Source: an archaeon
Lineage (GTDB): Archaea > Iainarchaeota > Iainarchaeia > Iainarchaeales > DTGL01
DNA: 64,000 nucleotides
Reading direction: 5' to 3'
Assembly (NCBI GenBank): GCA_029258755.1
Contig: JAPDKC010000002.1
Location: 6,574 to 70,573 of the forward strand
Part shown: positions 56,264-64,000 of the stretch, piece after piece
Numbering within the stretch: the stretch's first letter is position 1
Layout of the letters: every line of letters begins with the position of its first letter
The notes under the pieces: model-generated
Told to the model about the DNA's origin: nothing
Databases searched by the model: none
What the model saw: the letters and a program-made list of their open reading frames with translations, nothing else
Made by a program: the position numbers and the translations under genes

Positions 56264-56830
56264 CTAAAACTTCCTTCTCTTATATGGTCGAACGAATAAA
56301 TAGTGTTTTTGCTCTGGATCGCGCAACTCTTCAATAATCCTTTTTATTACTGCTTTGAGAGGGTCTGGCATAAGAGGCACTCTCTTCTCTATATCCTCAA
56401 ATGAATCGAATGGCTTTTTTTCTCTTTCCTCAAGAATATCTGTAAGGTGTTTTTTCCCTAGCCCAGGAAGCAATTCTAATTGATGCATTCTTATAGTAAT
56501 GGGCTTAGCATTGTTGTAAAAATCCAAAAATCTTTGGAGATCTTCTCTAACAATCTTTTCTACCGCAGCTTCAAGCTCTGCTTGCGCTGCTGCTGTTAGC
56601 TCATCGTAAGATATACGCCTCTTTATAAACCTTATTTTGTCCCTTTTCTCCTTCCCTATGTAAACTTTTTCAAGAATTTTGAGTTCTTTTGCGGGAATTA
56701 CCTCAAGTAAAGTAAAGTATTTTGTTCCAATAACGTGAGCTAAAGGCTCGTTTGATGTTCCGTACTTTCCTTTAGGCAAATAATCGAGCACTAGCGCATA
56801 TTCCTCCATAAGGGTTTTTTCTTCTTTCAT
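56264..56830 (-). CDS. DUF655 family protein (archaeal HhH/OB protein of the RpoF-L21e cluster)
   Basis: YALVLDYLPKGK...LELLPGLGKKHLTDILEER and conserved position between ksgA and rpoF. Confidence 0.8.
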   Translation of the reverse strand: MKEEKTLMEEYALVLDYLPKGKYGTSNEPLAHVIGTKYFTLLEVIPAKELKILEKVYIGKEKRDKIRFIKRRISYDELTAAAQAELEAAVEKIVREDLQRFLDFYNNAKPITIRMHQLELLPGLGKKHLTDILEEREKKPFDSFEDIEKRVPLMPDPLKAVIKRIIEELRDPEQKHYLFVRPYKRRKF

Positions 56831-56836
56831 ATTGCA

Positions 56837-57190
56837 TCATTTCTTTTCTTTTTCTTTAGGACCGTACTTTTTCACAATCTCTAGTGCTGCTACCAAATCC
56901 TCCTCCTTGACCTCGCTCTTCTTTTCTGGCAGAATCTTCATTATTTCAATATCTCTTGGCAAAATATCTACAATCTTTACAGCAAGCTCCTCATTTATGG
57001 TTTCAAGCTTTAGTAGCTCTTCCATTATTTTATCTCGCTGCTTTTTTGTTACCTTGCAGAAGGTTGTTGCATACTTTAACGTTTCTTCTTGCTCATATGT
57101 AAGCTCCGACTCCTCCTTTCTTTTCTTAAGAATATTTTTAACCTTAGAGAGCGTTATGGGCTTTCTGCTTATGAGTTCTTCACCAATCAT
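56837..57190 (-). CDS. rpoF: DNA-directed RNA polymerase subunit F (Rpo4)
   Basis: 117 aa, PITLSKVKNILKKRKEESELTYEQEETLKY..., located immediately downstream of rpl21e. Confidence 0.75.
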   Translation of the reverse strand: MIGEELISRKPITLSKVKNILKKRKEESELTYEQEETLKYATTFCKVTKKQRDKIMEELLKLETINEELAVKIVDILPRDIEIMKILPEKKSEVKEEDLVAALEIVKKYGPKEKEKK

Positions 57191-57483
57191 TTTCCACCTA
57201 CCTCCAGAACTTTTAGATGTGCTGGATGCACTACAAGCAGTTTTGCTTTGCTCCCTTTGCCAATACGTACCTCAACCGCTTTACCCCTGTATCCAACAAC
57301 CTTTCCTGTGAGCCCTTGGAATCTTGGATGGGGCATTCCTTCGTGAACGCTTGCTTCAATATCTATTTGCACGGTTGAGTCCAAATCTGGCTTGAGAAGT
57401 AACTGATTTACAGTTACCTTTCTTTTGCTTTGCAACTTATGTCTTGTTTTTGCTCTTTTTCCTTTTGCCTTTCTATTTGCCAT
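57187..57483 (-). CDS. rpl21e: 50S ribosomal protein L21e
   Basis: KGKRAKTRHKL...VQIDIEASVHEGMPHPRFQGLTGKVVG... Confidence 0.9.
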   Translation of the reverse strand: MANRKAKGKRAKTRHKLQSKRKVTVNQLLLKPDLDSTVQIDIEASVHEGMPHPRFQGLTGKVVGYRGKAVEVRIGKGSKAKLLVVHPAHLKVLEVGGK

Positions 57484-57600
57484 TTTCGATCACCATATTG
57501 ATAGCTGTGCAAATTACTTTTTTAAATAAATTTTTCGAAAGAAAACTATTTAAACAGCAATTTTACTTATTTCCAAAGTCCTTAAAACTTAAAGCCGAAA

Positions 57601-57622
57601 GATTTAAAAAGGATTTAAAAAG
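57601..57622. repeat. tandem 11-bp duplication GATTTAAAAAG x2 in the rpl21e/tbp divergent promoter region
   Basis: gatttaaaaag gatttaaaaag read directly. Each unit is TATA-box-like. Confidence 0.7.
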
Positions 57623-57684
57623 CTTTCCCCTTCAATATCCTTTGTATAAAAAAATTAGAATAAAAACTTGGCGAGGTTTTCCAT

Positions 57685-58254
57685 GTGAAGTACAGAATTG
57701 TTAATCTTGTAGCTTCTGCTAGTTTGAATGGGACTTTGGATCTTTATAATTTGGCTATGAGCTGTCCGGATATTGAATACGAACCAGAACAGTTTCCGGG
57801 AGCGATACTGAAGCTAAAGGAGCCAAAGGTTTCAATGTTGCTATTTAAAAACGGCAAGGTTATATGTAGCGGTGCCGACAACGAGAAGGATATAGCGCTT
57901 GGTATAAAGAAGGCATCAAAGCTTATACACGAAATACAGCCGGAAATAAAACCACTTCGCAGGGTAAAGTATACTATAGTAAACCTTGTCGCAACAGCGA
58001 ACCTCAAGCAAGAGGTCGATCTATTCCAAGCTGCATTAACTTTGGACAATGTTGAGTACGAACCTGAGCAGTTTCCAGGTGCAATACTCAGGGTATACGA
58101 CCCAAAGCTTACGTTGCTCCTTTTCAAAAATGGCAAGATAATATGTGCAGGTGCTAAAACAGAAGCATTGCTCAAGAAGGGCTTGAATAAAGCAGCCCGG
58201 ATGATAAGAGAGCTAAATAAAAAGCCAAAGAAGCTTTCAGCGCTGCTTAGATAA
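57685..58254 (+). CDS. tbp: TATA-box-binding protein
   Basis: GTG start. Two direct repeats IVNLVASA...EYEPEQFPGAILKL...LLFKNGKVICSGA and IVNLVATA...EYEPEQFPGAILRV...LLFKNGKIICAGA. Confidence 0.95.
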   Translation: MKYRIVNLVASASLNGTLDLYNLAMSCPDIEYEPEQFPGAILKLKEPKVSMLLFKNGKVICSGADNEKDIALGIKKASKLIHEIQPEIKPLRRVKYTIVNLVATANLKQEVDLFQAALTLDNVEYEPEQFPGAILRVYDPKLTLLLFKNGKIICAGAKTEALLKKGLNKAARMIRELNKKPKKLSALLR

Positions 58255-58294
58255 CTTGTAATGTTTTTAAAGCTTTTCAAGCAGAATTATATTT

Positions 58295-58412
58295 GATTGG
58301 CGGCCATGCCGCGAGGGAAACACCCGGTCTCATCCCGAACCCGGAAGTTAAGCCTCGCAGGGGCTAGGCACGCACTGCTCTTTTGAGCGGAGCGGCCTGC
58401 ACGCTGCCAATC
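58295..58412 (+). rRNA. rrf: 5S ribosomal RNA (no 16S/23S gene adjacent)
   Basis: GATTGGCGGCCATGCCGCGAGGGAAACACCCGGTCTCATCCCGAACCCGGAAGTTAAGCC... with the closing helix GATTGGCGGC/GCTGCCAATC. Ends are approximate. Confidence 0.88.
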
Positions 58413-58430
58413 ACTTTTCTTTTTAACTTT

Positions 58431-59069
58431 TTATTTAAACACATATCCTGTTTCTTTTGCCCAGAAAAGCAAATCAAGCTCGTGCATAGGAATGCCTATT
58501 CTTTTGCTGAACTCCCTGAGTTTTTGTTCTAGCTCGTAGTATTTCTTTTTTGTTAGGTTTTTTGGAAACTCTTTTATTATACCATATCTTTTCATGTTCT
58601 TTAGTATGTGTCTGTCTATAATCGCAATATTTTCATAGAAGCCAATGTTGCGCAAGAAGTGGCTTGATTCTTTCAGCCCCAGGCCGCGAACATTTTTAGC
58701 GAGCCACTCTCTGGTTTTAAACCTATCTTTTTCAATTCCTGTGCTGATTAAAACTTCCTTTATTCGAAGTTTGCCATCTTTAAAAAACATCCTTTTAGCT
58801 TCCAATACGTTTTCTGTTTTGCACCTATAAAATCTTGTTCTGCCTTTAAGAACACTCTTTACATTTTCTTTCTTCCAATTTTCAATGCCAAGCTTAAAAA
58901 GTTCCTTGACGCAAGCATTGCAAGCGATTGCTTTGCTTTGCGGTGTGAGCAAGCAGAAGATAAGCTCGGAAAATACCTTTTTTTCATCCAGCCAATTTGC
59001 CTTAAAATCTGAGAGGCGCTCTTTTATAACACCTTTGTATTTTTTATAGCTCTCTTTTAGCTCTTTCAT
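58431..59069 (-). CDS. ogg: 8-oxoguanine DNA glycosylase/AP lyase, archaeal Ogg2 type
   Basis: HhH-GPD: LIFCLLTPQSKA, GLGLKESSHFLRNIGFYENIAIIDRHILK, closely like M. jannaschii Ogg. Confidence 0.88.
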   Translation of the reverse strand: MKELKESYKKYKGVIKERLSDFKANWLDEKKVFSELIFCLLTPQSKAIACNACVKELFKLGIENWKKENVKSVLKGRTRFYRCKTENVLEAKRMFFKDGKLRIKEVLISTGIEKDRFKTREWLAKNVRGLGLKESSHFLRNIGFYENIAIIDRHILKNMKRYGIIKEFPKNLTKKKYYELEQKLREFSKRIGIPMHELDLLFWAKETGYVFK

Positions 59070-59073
59070 GGGA

Positions 59074-60021
59074 TCACTTTAGAAAAGCGAAGAATTCAAG
59101 CTCTTCGAGCACATAAATGAGATATATGCTAATTAGCAGTATTCCGTGAGATCTGTCCAGCATAGATTTTCTGGAAAGTAGATACCAGAGCACGAAGATT
59201 GTAAGGAAGAGAAACGGGAAAAGACCAAACAATGGCTTAACATCTATATGCTGTATATTTACATTTCCAAGAATAAGTATTCCTAGCACAAGCGTTAGGT
59301 TCGTAACTGCCGAACCAAAGAGATCGCCTAAAGCTAAGGCATAATCCTTCTTCCTCACTGCGCGAAGCTCAACTGTAAGCTCAGGCAGGGTTGTGCTAAG
59401 GGCCACAGCCGTTGCACCAAAAAGAGTTTCGCTTATGTTTAGGCCTTGCGAAATCTCAACAGCGGATTCAACCAAAAAGCGGGCAGCGATAAGAAGGACA
59501 AATAAGCTCAATAAAAGCTTTGCAAGTGCCATAGGCGCTTTTTCTTTCTTTCCATCGAATATAGTTTTTGGAATCCTCCCTTTTTTGTAAAGCCGTACTA
59601 TAAGCAAACCAAAAAGCCCAAGCAAAACCATTCCAATTATGGCCGAAGGCCTTGGCATATAAAGTATAAGTAAAGTGACCAAGGAAACAACAAATAGAAG
59701 CTCTAACAAATCCTCCATGTCGCGCTTTTTAAGAATCAATGGGCCGCCGAAGAAAGCACAGGCACCTAAGACCAAAGTTATGTCAGTCAGGTTCGCTCCG
59801 AATATGTTGCCAATGCTAAGCCCGGGTACCCTATCGAGCGTTGAGAAAATCGCAACGCTTAACTCCGGAAGTGATGTTGATATGGAAATAATAATAAATC
59901 CTATTGTAAAGGTCGATATGCCTAAGATGCGAGAGACCTTTATGCTTTCAGTAACAACCCACTCGCTACTTTTCACAAGTACGAAGGCGCTTATAAGGAA
60001 TATTGCAAGCGCTATGAACAT
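59074..60021 (-). CDS. Ca2+/cation antiporter (CaCA / YrbG family)
   Basis: Two alpha-repeats GNIFGANLTDITLVLG and GDLFGSAVTNLTLVLG, about 10 TMs. Confidence 0.85.
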   Translation of the reverse strand: MFIALAIFLISAFVLVKSSEWVVTESIKVSRILGISTFTIGFIIISISTSLPELSVAIFSTLDRVPGLSIGNIFGANLTDITLVLGACAFFGGPLILKKRDMEDLLELLFVVSLVTLLILYMPRPSAIIGMVLLGLFGLLIVRLYKKGRIPKTIFDGKKEKAPMALAKLLLSLFVLLIAARFLVESAVEISQGLNISETLFGATAVALSTTLPELTVELRAVRKKDYALALGDLFGSAVTNLTLVLGILILGNVNIQHIDVKPLFGLFPFLFLTIFVLWYLLSRKSMLDRSHGILLISIYLIYVLEELEFFAFLK

Positions 60022-60078
60022 GAAAAATTGAAGTGATTAAACCTATAAAATACTTTGCCACGCAATACATTTAAAATA

Positions 60079-60102
60079 ATATGTGAAAATAATTTCACAT
60101 AT
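60079..60102. promoter_or_regulatory. perfect 10-bp inverted repeat ATATGTGAAA-ataa-TTTCACATAT (candidate ArsR-type operator)
   Basis: Read directly. Lies just downstream of the TATA-like TTTAAAATA (60071-60079) and overlaps the ATG at 60101. Confidence 0.55.
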
Positions 60103-60418
60103 GCGATTTACAAAATACGATAGGTGCTTCAAAACTTTAGCGAATCCTCTGCGCATATCCATAATAGAGTCTCTTAAAAGGAATCCAAAATCTGTTAAAG
60201 AACTTGCCGCTGAGCTAAAGGTGGAAAGAAGCAAGGTTTCGCATGCATTGAGGAAGCTAAAAGCATGCAATTTCGTTGAAAGCGAAAAGAGTGGCAGGCA
60301 TAACATTTATCGCCTTACAAAAAGCATCCTGCATGATGTAAGGGTAAAAGGGAACATATTTGATGTTATAAGAGTACATGTTGAAAAGTATTGTAAGCAT
60401 AAGGGGGTATGCAAATGA
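60101..60418 (+). CDS. ArsR-family transcriptional regulator
   Basis: FKTLANPLRISIIESLKRNPKSVKELAAELKVERSKVSHALRKLKACNFVESEKSGRHNIYRL. ATG 60101 is preferred to the GTG at 60083 inside the palindrome. Confidence 0.8.
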   Translation: MRFTKYDRCFKTLANPLRISIIESLKRNPKSVKELAAELKVERSKVSHALRKLKACNFVESEKSGRHNIYRLTKSILHDVRVKGNIFDVIRVHVEKYCKHKGVCK

Positions 60419-61572
60419 TATATTTGGACAACGCTGCTACAACTCGTGTTAGGGAAGAGGTTATAGAAGCAATGCTTCCCTTCTTAGATAAAAAATACGG
60501 TAATGCTTCCTCTCTGTATGACTTGGGGCAGGAAGCAAGAGCTGCTTTAGAACAAGCACGTGAAAAAGCAGCTAAAATGCTAAAGGTTGAACCAAATGAA
60601 ATAATATTCTGTTCCTGCGCTACTGAAGCAAACAACCTTGCTTTAAAAGGTTTAGCATTTGAGGCAAAGAAACAAGGCAAAAACCACCTTATTGTTTCAA
60701 AGATAGAGCACCACTGTGTTTTGCATACTGCTGAATGGTTAGAGGAAAACGGCTTTAAAGTAACATACCTAAATGTTGATGAATACGGGTTTGTTGATTT
60801 AGCAGAATTAGAAAAAGCAATCGATGAAAAGACATTTTTAGTTTCGGTAATGTATGCTAACAATGAGATCGGCACAATAGAACCTGTAAAAGAGATAGCT
60901 AAAATATGCGAAGAAAAAGGTGTGCCTTTCCATACGGATGCTGTGCAAGCATTCGGCAAAATACCTGTAAAAACAAAGGGTATTTCTATGCTTTCACTTT
61001 CCGCTCATAAAATATACGGACCCAAAGGCGTTGGCTTGCTCATGAAAAGGGAGGGTATAAAAATCCAACCCTTGCTACATGGTGGCGGCCATGAATTTGG
61101 CTTGCGCTCTGGTACCGAAAATGTTGCTGGCATAGTTGGCTTTGTTAAAGCTATGGAGCTTGCTTTGAAGGAAATGCCCCGTGAATCAAAAAGGCAAGCT
61201 AAAATGCGTGATAAGCTTATAAAGCATGCATTGCAAATTCCAGAATCTAGGTTAAACGGACATCCAAAGAAACGCTTGCCTAATAACGCAAATTTCTCCT
61301 TCCGCTGGGTTGAAGGCGAAAGCATCGTTATGAAGCTAAATGAATATGGCATTGCCGCAAGCACTGGCTCTGCATGCAGCAGTCCAAAGCTTGAACCAAG
61401 CCATGTTTTGCTTGCTTTGGGCTTAGCGCCGAGTGAAGCACATGGGTCGCTCAGATTAACCTTGGGAAGGTACAATAAGATGAGCGAGATAAATTACGTG
61501 ATAAAAATTTTGCCAAAGGCTATAGCGGAGCTTAGAGAAGCAAGTCCATTTTGGCATACAAGAGGTGGTTAA
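60409..61572 (+). CDS. iscS: cysteine desulfurase (NifS/IscS class)
   Basis: IYLDNAATT, PLP-lysine SAHKIYGPKGVG, active-site loop STGSACSS. The start may be 60415. Confidence 0.9.
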   Translation: MQMIYLDNAATTRVREEVIEAMLPFLDKKYGNASSLYDLGQEARAALEQAREKAAKMLKVEPNEIIFCSCATEANNLALKGLAFEAKKQGKNHLIVSKIEHHCVLHTAEWLEENGFKVTYLNVDEYGFVDLAELEKAIDEKTFLVSVMYANNEIGTIEPVKEIAKICEEKGVPFHTDAVQAFGKIPVKTKGISMLSLSAHKIYGPKGVGLLMKREGIKIQPLLHGGGHEFGLRSGTENVAGIVGFVKAMELALKEMPRESKRQAKMRDKLIKHALQIPESRLNGHPKKRLPNNANFSFRWVEGESIVMKLNEYGIAASTGSACSSPKLEPSHVLLALGLAPSEAHGSLRLTLGRYNKMSEINYVIKILPKAIAELREASPFWHTRGG

Positions 61573-62074
61573 ATTGTATACGGAAGAGGTAATGAAGCAT
61601 TTTAAGAAACCAAAAAATATGGGTAAGATTAAGAATCCGAGCGGAGTCGGCAAGGTAGGCAATATAGTTTGCGGCGACGTAATGTGGCTTTATATAAAGG
61701 TTGGAAAGAGGAAAGATGGAAAAGAGATAATAAAGGATGTAAAATGGCAAACATTTGGTTGTGTTGCTGCTTTGGCAACATCCTCTGTTGTTAGCGAGCT
61801 TGCCAAAGGACTAACAATAGATAAGGCATTAAAGCTTTCTAATGAAGAAATAGTGAAAAAACTAGGTGGTTTGCCGCCAATAAAGATTCACTGTTCTTTG
61901 CTGGCGGTAGATGCTTTGCATGAAGCGATCTACGATTACCTAAAAAGAAATAATAAAAAAATACCTGAAGAGCTTGAAAAAAAGCACGAAAAGCTAAAAA
62001 AGGGGCTTGCAGAAATAGAAGAACGCTACAAGGACTTTTTGAAATTGGAAAAAAAGCTAACAAAACAGGCCTAA
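61565..62074 (+). CDS. iscU: Fe-S cluster scaffold IscU/NifU-like with K/E-rich C-terminal extension
   Basis: Three Cys motifs GNIVCGD, FGCVAALATSS, IHCSLLA. Start GTG 61565 or TTG 61574. Confidence 0.9.
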   Translation: MVKLYTEEVMKHFKKPKNMGKIKNPSGVGKVGNIVCGDVMWLYIKVGKRKDGKEIIKDVKWQTFGCVAALATSSVVSELAKGLTIDKALKLSNEEIVKKLGGLPPIKIHCSLLAVDALHEAIYDYLKRNNKKIPEELEKKHEKLKKGLAEIEERYKDFLKLEKKLTKQA

Positions 62075-62141
62075 AAACAAACGATTAAATTTTTAATCTA
62101 TTTTAATACCTTTTTATGTGGTTCTTAGGAGGCCGCTTGTT

Positions 62142-64000
62142 ATGAAAAGACTTAAGCTTCAGAAAATGCTTCTCGGCTTTAAAACTTCAGAAGCCCTGCT
62201 TGCAGGGTTTTTGGTGCTGTTGTTTTTGATTTTTGGAGCACTTGTGAATATGGGAATACATTTCCTAATAGTTGCACAGCCAATAGTGTTAACATCCTTG
62301 ATTCTGCTGGCTTTAACCCGTTTTGGTGTTGAGAGAAAAACAGCGCTTGTGCTATTCTTAATATTTTTGTTAGGATATGCGATCCGCGCTCAAAATATCC
62401 AGCCAGGCTATAAATACTTCTTTGCTTTTGACTCATACTTTCATGCGAGAATGACTGGTTATGTAATAAGTAATGGCGCACCTCCTGATGTAGATGAACT
62501 CGGCTATTACGAGTTGCCAGAAGAGGATCGCAAGCTTGGTTTTGATGGCAGGTTTTTCTGGTATTTTAGTGCCATCTTCTTTAAACTCTTTTCTCTCGGA
62601 GCGGCTTACAACAAGGATTTGCTCATAGAATTTGTAAAGGTGTTTCCAGCATTTTTAGGTGCCTTTATAAGTATGCTTATGTTTTTCTTAGGGAAAGAAC
62701 TTTTCGGTAAAAAAGCCGGCTTTGTTACAGCTTTTGTAGCAGCAACAGTACCCTCTTATGTATATAGAACAATGGCAGGTTTCTTCGAGGATGATGCATT
62801 GGGTTTCTTGGGCTTCGTTTTAGGATTCATATTTTTCTTTAGAGCTATCAAAGAGCAAGCCATAACAAGAAGAAGCATAATAAACGCAGCTTTAGCAGGC
62901 TTCTTCTTTGCTTTTATGGGCTGGAGCTGGAGCTTTTATCTCATAATCCCAATACTTTTGCTGCTTATGCTTCCTTTCATATTTTTGCTCTATTTCGAAA
63001 AAACCATGCGTGAGGAGAAAAACCTTGTGCAAAACTTACTTGCATTTTTTTCCTGTTACGCTGTGCCCTTGGCTTTATTCACCTTGCTTTTGTTTCCGTT
63101 TAGAAGATTGCAATGGATTTCATCTGTTTTATCATACCTTTCAAGCGTTTCTCCCCTTCAGCTTAATTTTAGCGATGCTGGTTTTATTGCAGGCATTGTT
63201 TTCTTGCTTTTTGCTATCTTTTTCTTATCTGTAATTTTTGCCAAAGTGTTTAAGGACGTTGCGCGCTCAGGAATACTCAGAATTTTAGTAGCGGTGCTTT
63301 TGTTTGCTTCCGCTATCTTCGTTGTGATTGTGATAACAGACCCATTTGGAATATTTGCTAAGCGTTTTGTTGAAACAGGCGTTTTCATGTCAACAGTTGG
63401 CGAAGAAAGCATGGGCAGAGATACCTTTGGCTATAAGTATAACGCTTACATCCTTTTCCCATGGTTAGCGCTTTTTTTGATTCCGCTATGGGTATTCTCT
63501 AAAAAAGAAGATTTCCTAAGCCCATTTGCGTTCTGGTGGGTTGCCACTGCTTTGGTAATGGCATGGTACAAGCTTAAGTTTACTTATGTGTTTGGTTTGC
63601 CTATTGCTCTGGCTGCTGGCTTTGTTACGGCTTTGTTATTAGCGCCACTTAATAAAGAAAGACTTGTTGAAAAACGCTTAGTGTTTGGCTTTCTTGTTTT
63701 CATGCTTGTTACGGGCGTTGCAGCATCAAGCTACTTTGTTTTGCAAAGACCACCAAGCTTAGAAACGCAGAAGGAATGGAAGAACACATTGCATTGGCTC
63801 AGAGATAATACGCCAAAGGATGCTAAACTATTCAATTGGTGGAGTTATGGGCACTGGCTCACATTTGTTTCCGAACGCAAGGTATTTGCGGACAACAGGA
63901 ATATTAGGTGGGAGGTAAGCGATGGCGACTTTTCACGCTTTTTGATTTCTGAAGATTTAAATGAAGCGCTTTCTCTTATAAAAAAGTATAAGCCGGATTA
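62142..64000 (+). CDS. aglB: oligosaccharyltransferase AglB/STT3 (5' part; runs off the window)
   Basis: I translated the frame by hand and it is open from ATG 62142 to base 64000. Motifs: FDSYFHAR, FFEDDALGF, MSTVGEES, NWWSYGHW (WWDYG variant at 63837-63851). AGGAGG SD upstream. Confidence 0.88.
   Translation, partial: MKRLKLQKMLLGFKTSEALLAGFLVLLFLIFGALVNMGIHFLIVAQPIVLTSLILLALTRFGVERKTALVLFLIFLLGYAIRAQNIQPGYKYFFAFDSYFHARMTGYVISNGAPPDVDELGYYELPEEDRKLGFDGRFFWYFSAIFFKLFSLGAAYNKDLLIEFVKVFPAFLGAFISMLMFFLGKELFGKKAGFVTAFVAATVPSYVYRTMAGFFEDDALGFLGFVLGFIFFFRAIKEQAITRRSIINAALAGFFFAFMGWSWSFYLIIPILLLLMLPFIFLLYFEKTMREEKNLVQNLLAFFSCYAVPLALFTLLLFPFRRLQWISSVLSYLSSVSPLQLNFSDAGFIAGIVFLLFAIFFLSVIFAKVFKDVARSGILRILVAVLLFASAIFVVIVITDPFGIFAKRFVETGVFMSTVGEESMGRDTFGYKYNAYILFPWLALFLIPLWVFSKKEDFLSPFAFWWVATALVMAWYKLKFTYVFGLPIALAAGFVTALLLAPLNKERLVEKRLVFGFLVFMLVTGVAASSYFVLQRPPSLETQKEWKNTLHWLRDNTPKDAKLFNWWSYGHWLTFVSERKVFADNRNIRWEVSDGDFSRFLISEDLNEALSLIKKYKPD

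Noticed and set aside
57685-58254. Internal direct repeat of about 270 nt at protein level
   Set aside because: This is the normal two-fold pseudo-symmetric repeat of TBP, not a mobile or recent duplication.

Overview
AT-rich archaeal chromosomal segment, densely coded on both strands. Archaeal markers: TBP, Alba, the L21e-RpoF-DUF655-KsgA cluster, AglB/STT3, GatD, archaeal-type ProRS and ValRS, an ATP-dependent DNA ligase, an Ogg2-type glycosylase, intron-containing tRNAs and a 5S rRNA with no 16S/23S gene nearby. The many anchored surface proteins, several compact enzymes and frequent GGTGA Shine-Dalgarno-like motifs fit a small-genome (DPANN-like) archaeon, but that assignment is inference only. 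I call about 66 protein genes, 6 tRNAs (3 with introns), one 5S rRNA and one free-standing box C/D sRNA candidate. I saw no CRISPR array, transposase, integrase, reverse transcriptase or obvious prophage. Observations most worth follow-up: (1) The tRNA-Trp intron carries a box C'/D' guide whose N+5 position falls exactly on its own wobble base C34, and an intergenic canonical C/D sRNA shares a 14-nt core with it. (2) tRNA-Pro(UGG) has an unusually long 93-nt intron. (3) At 2.3-8.1 kb, an orphan HerA/FtsK-type ATPase sits beside two very large polytopic membrane proteins, one with a degenerate STT3-like C-terminus and one with a C-terminal RRM-like domain. This could be an undescribed envelope or translocation module, but the genes alternate strands, so the link is speculative. 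(4) A LigD-PolDom-like primase-polymerase lies directly behind rubrerythrin, under a divergent ArsR-type regulator. (5) A 38-codon lysine-rich ORF has a strong ribosome-binding site. (6) The AglB catalytic motif reads WWSYG instead of WWDYG. All family assignments come from motif recognition by eye; no searches were run.
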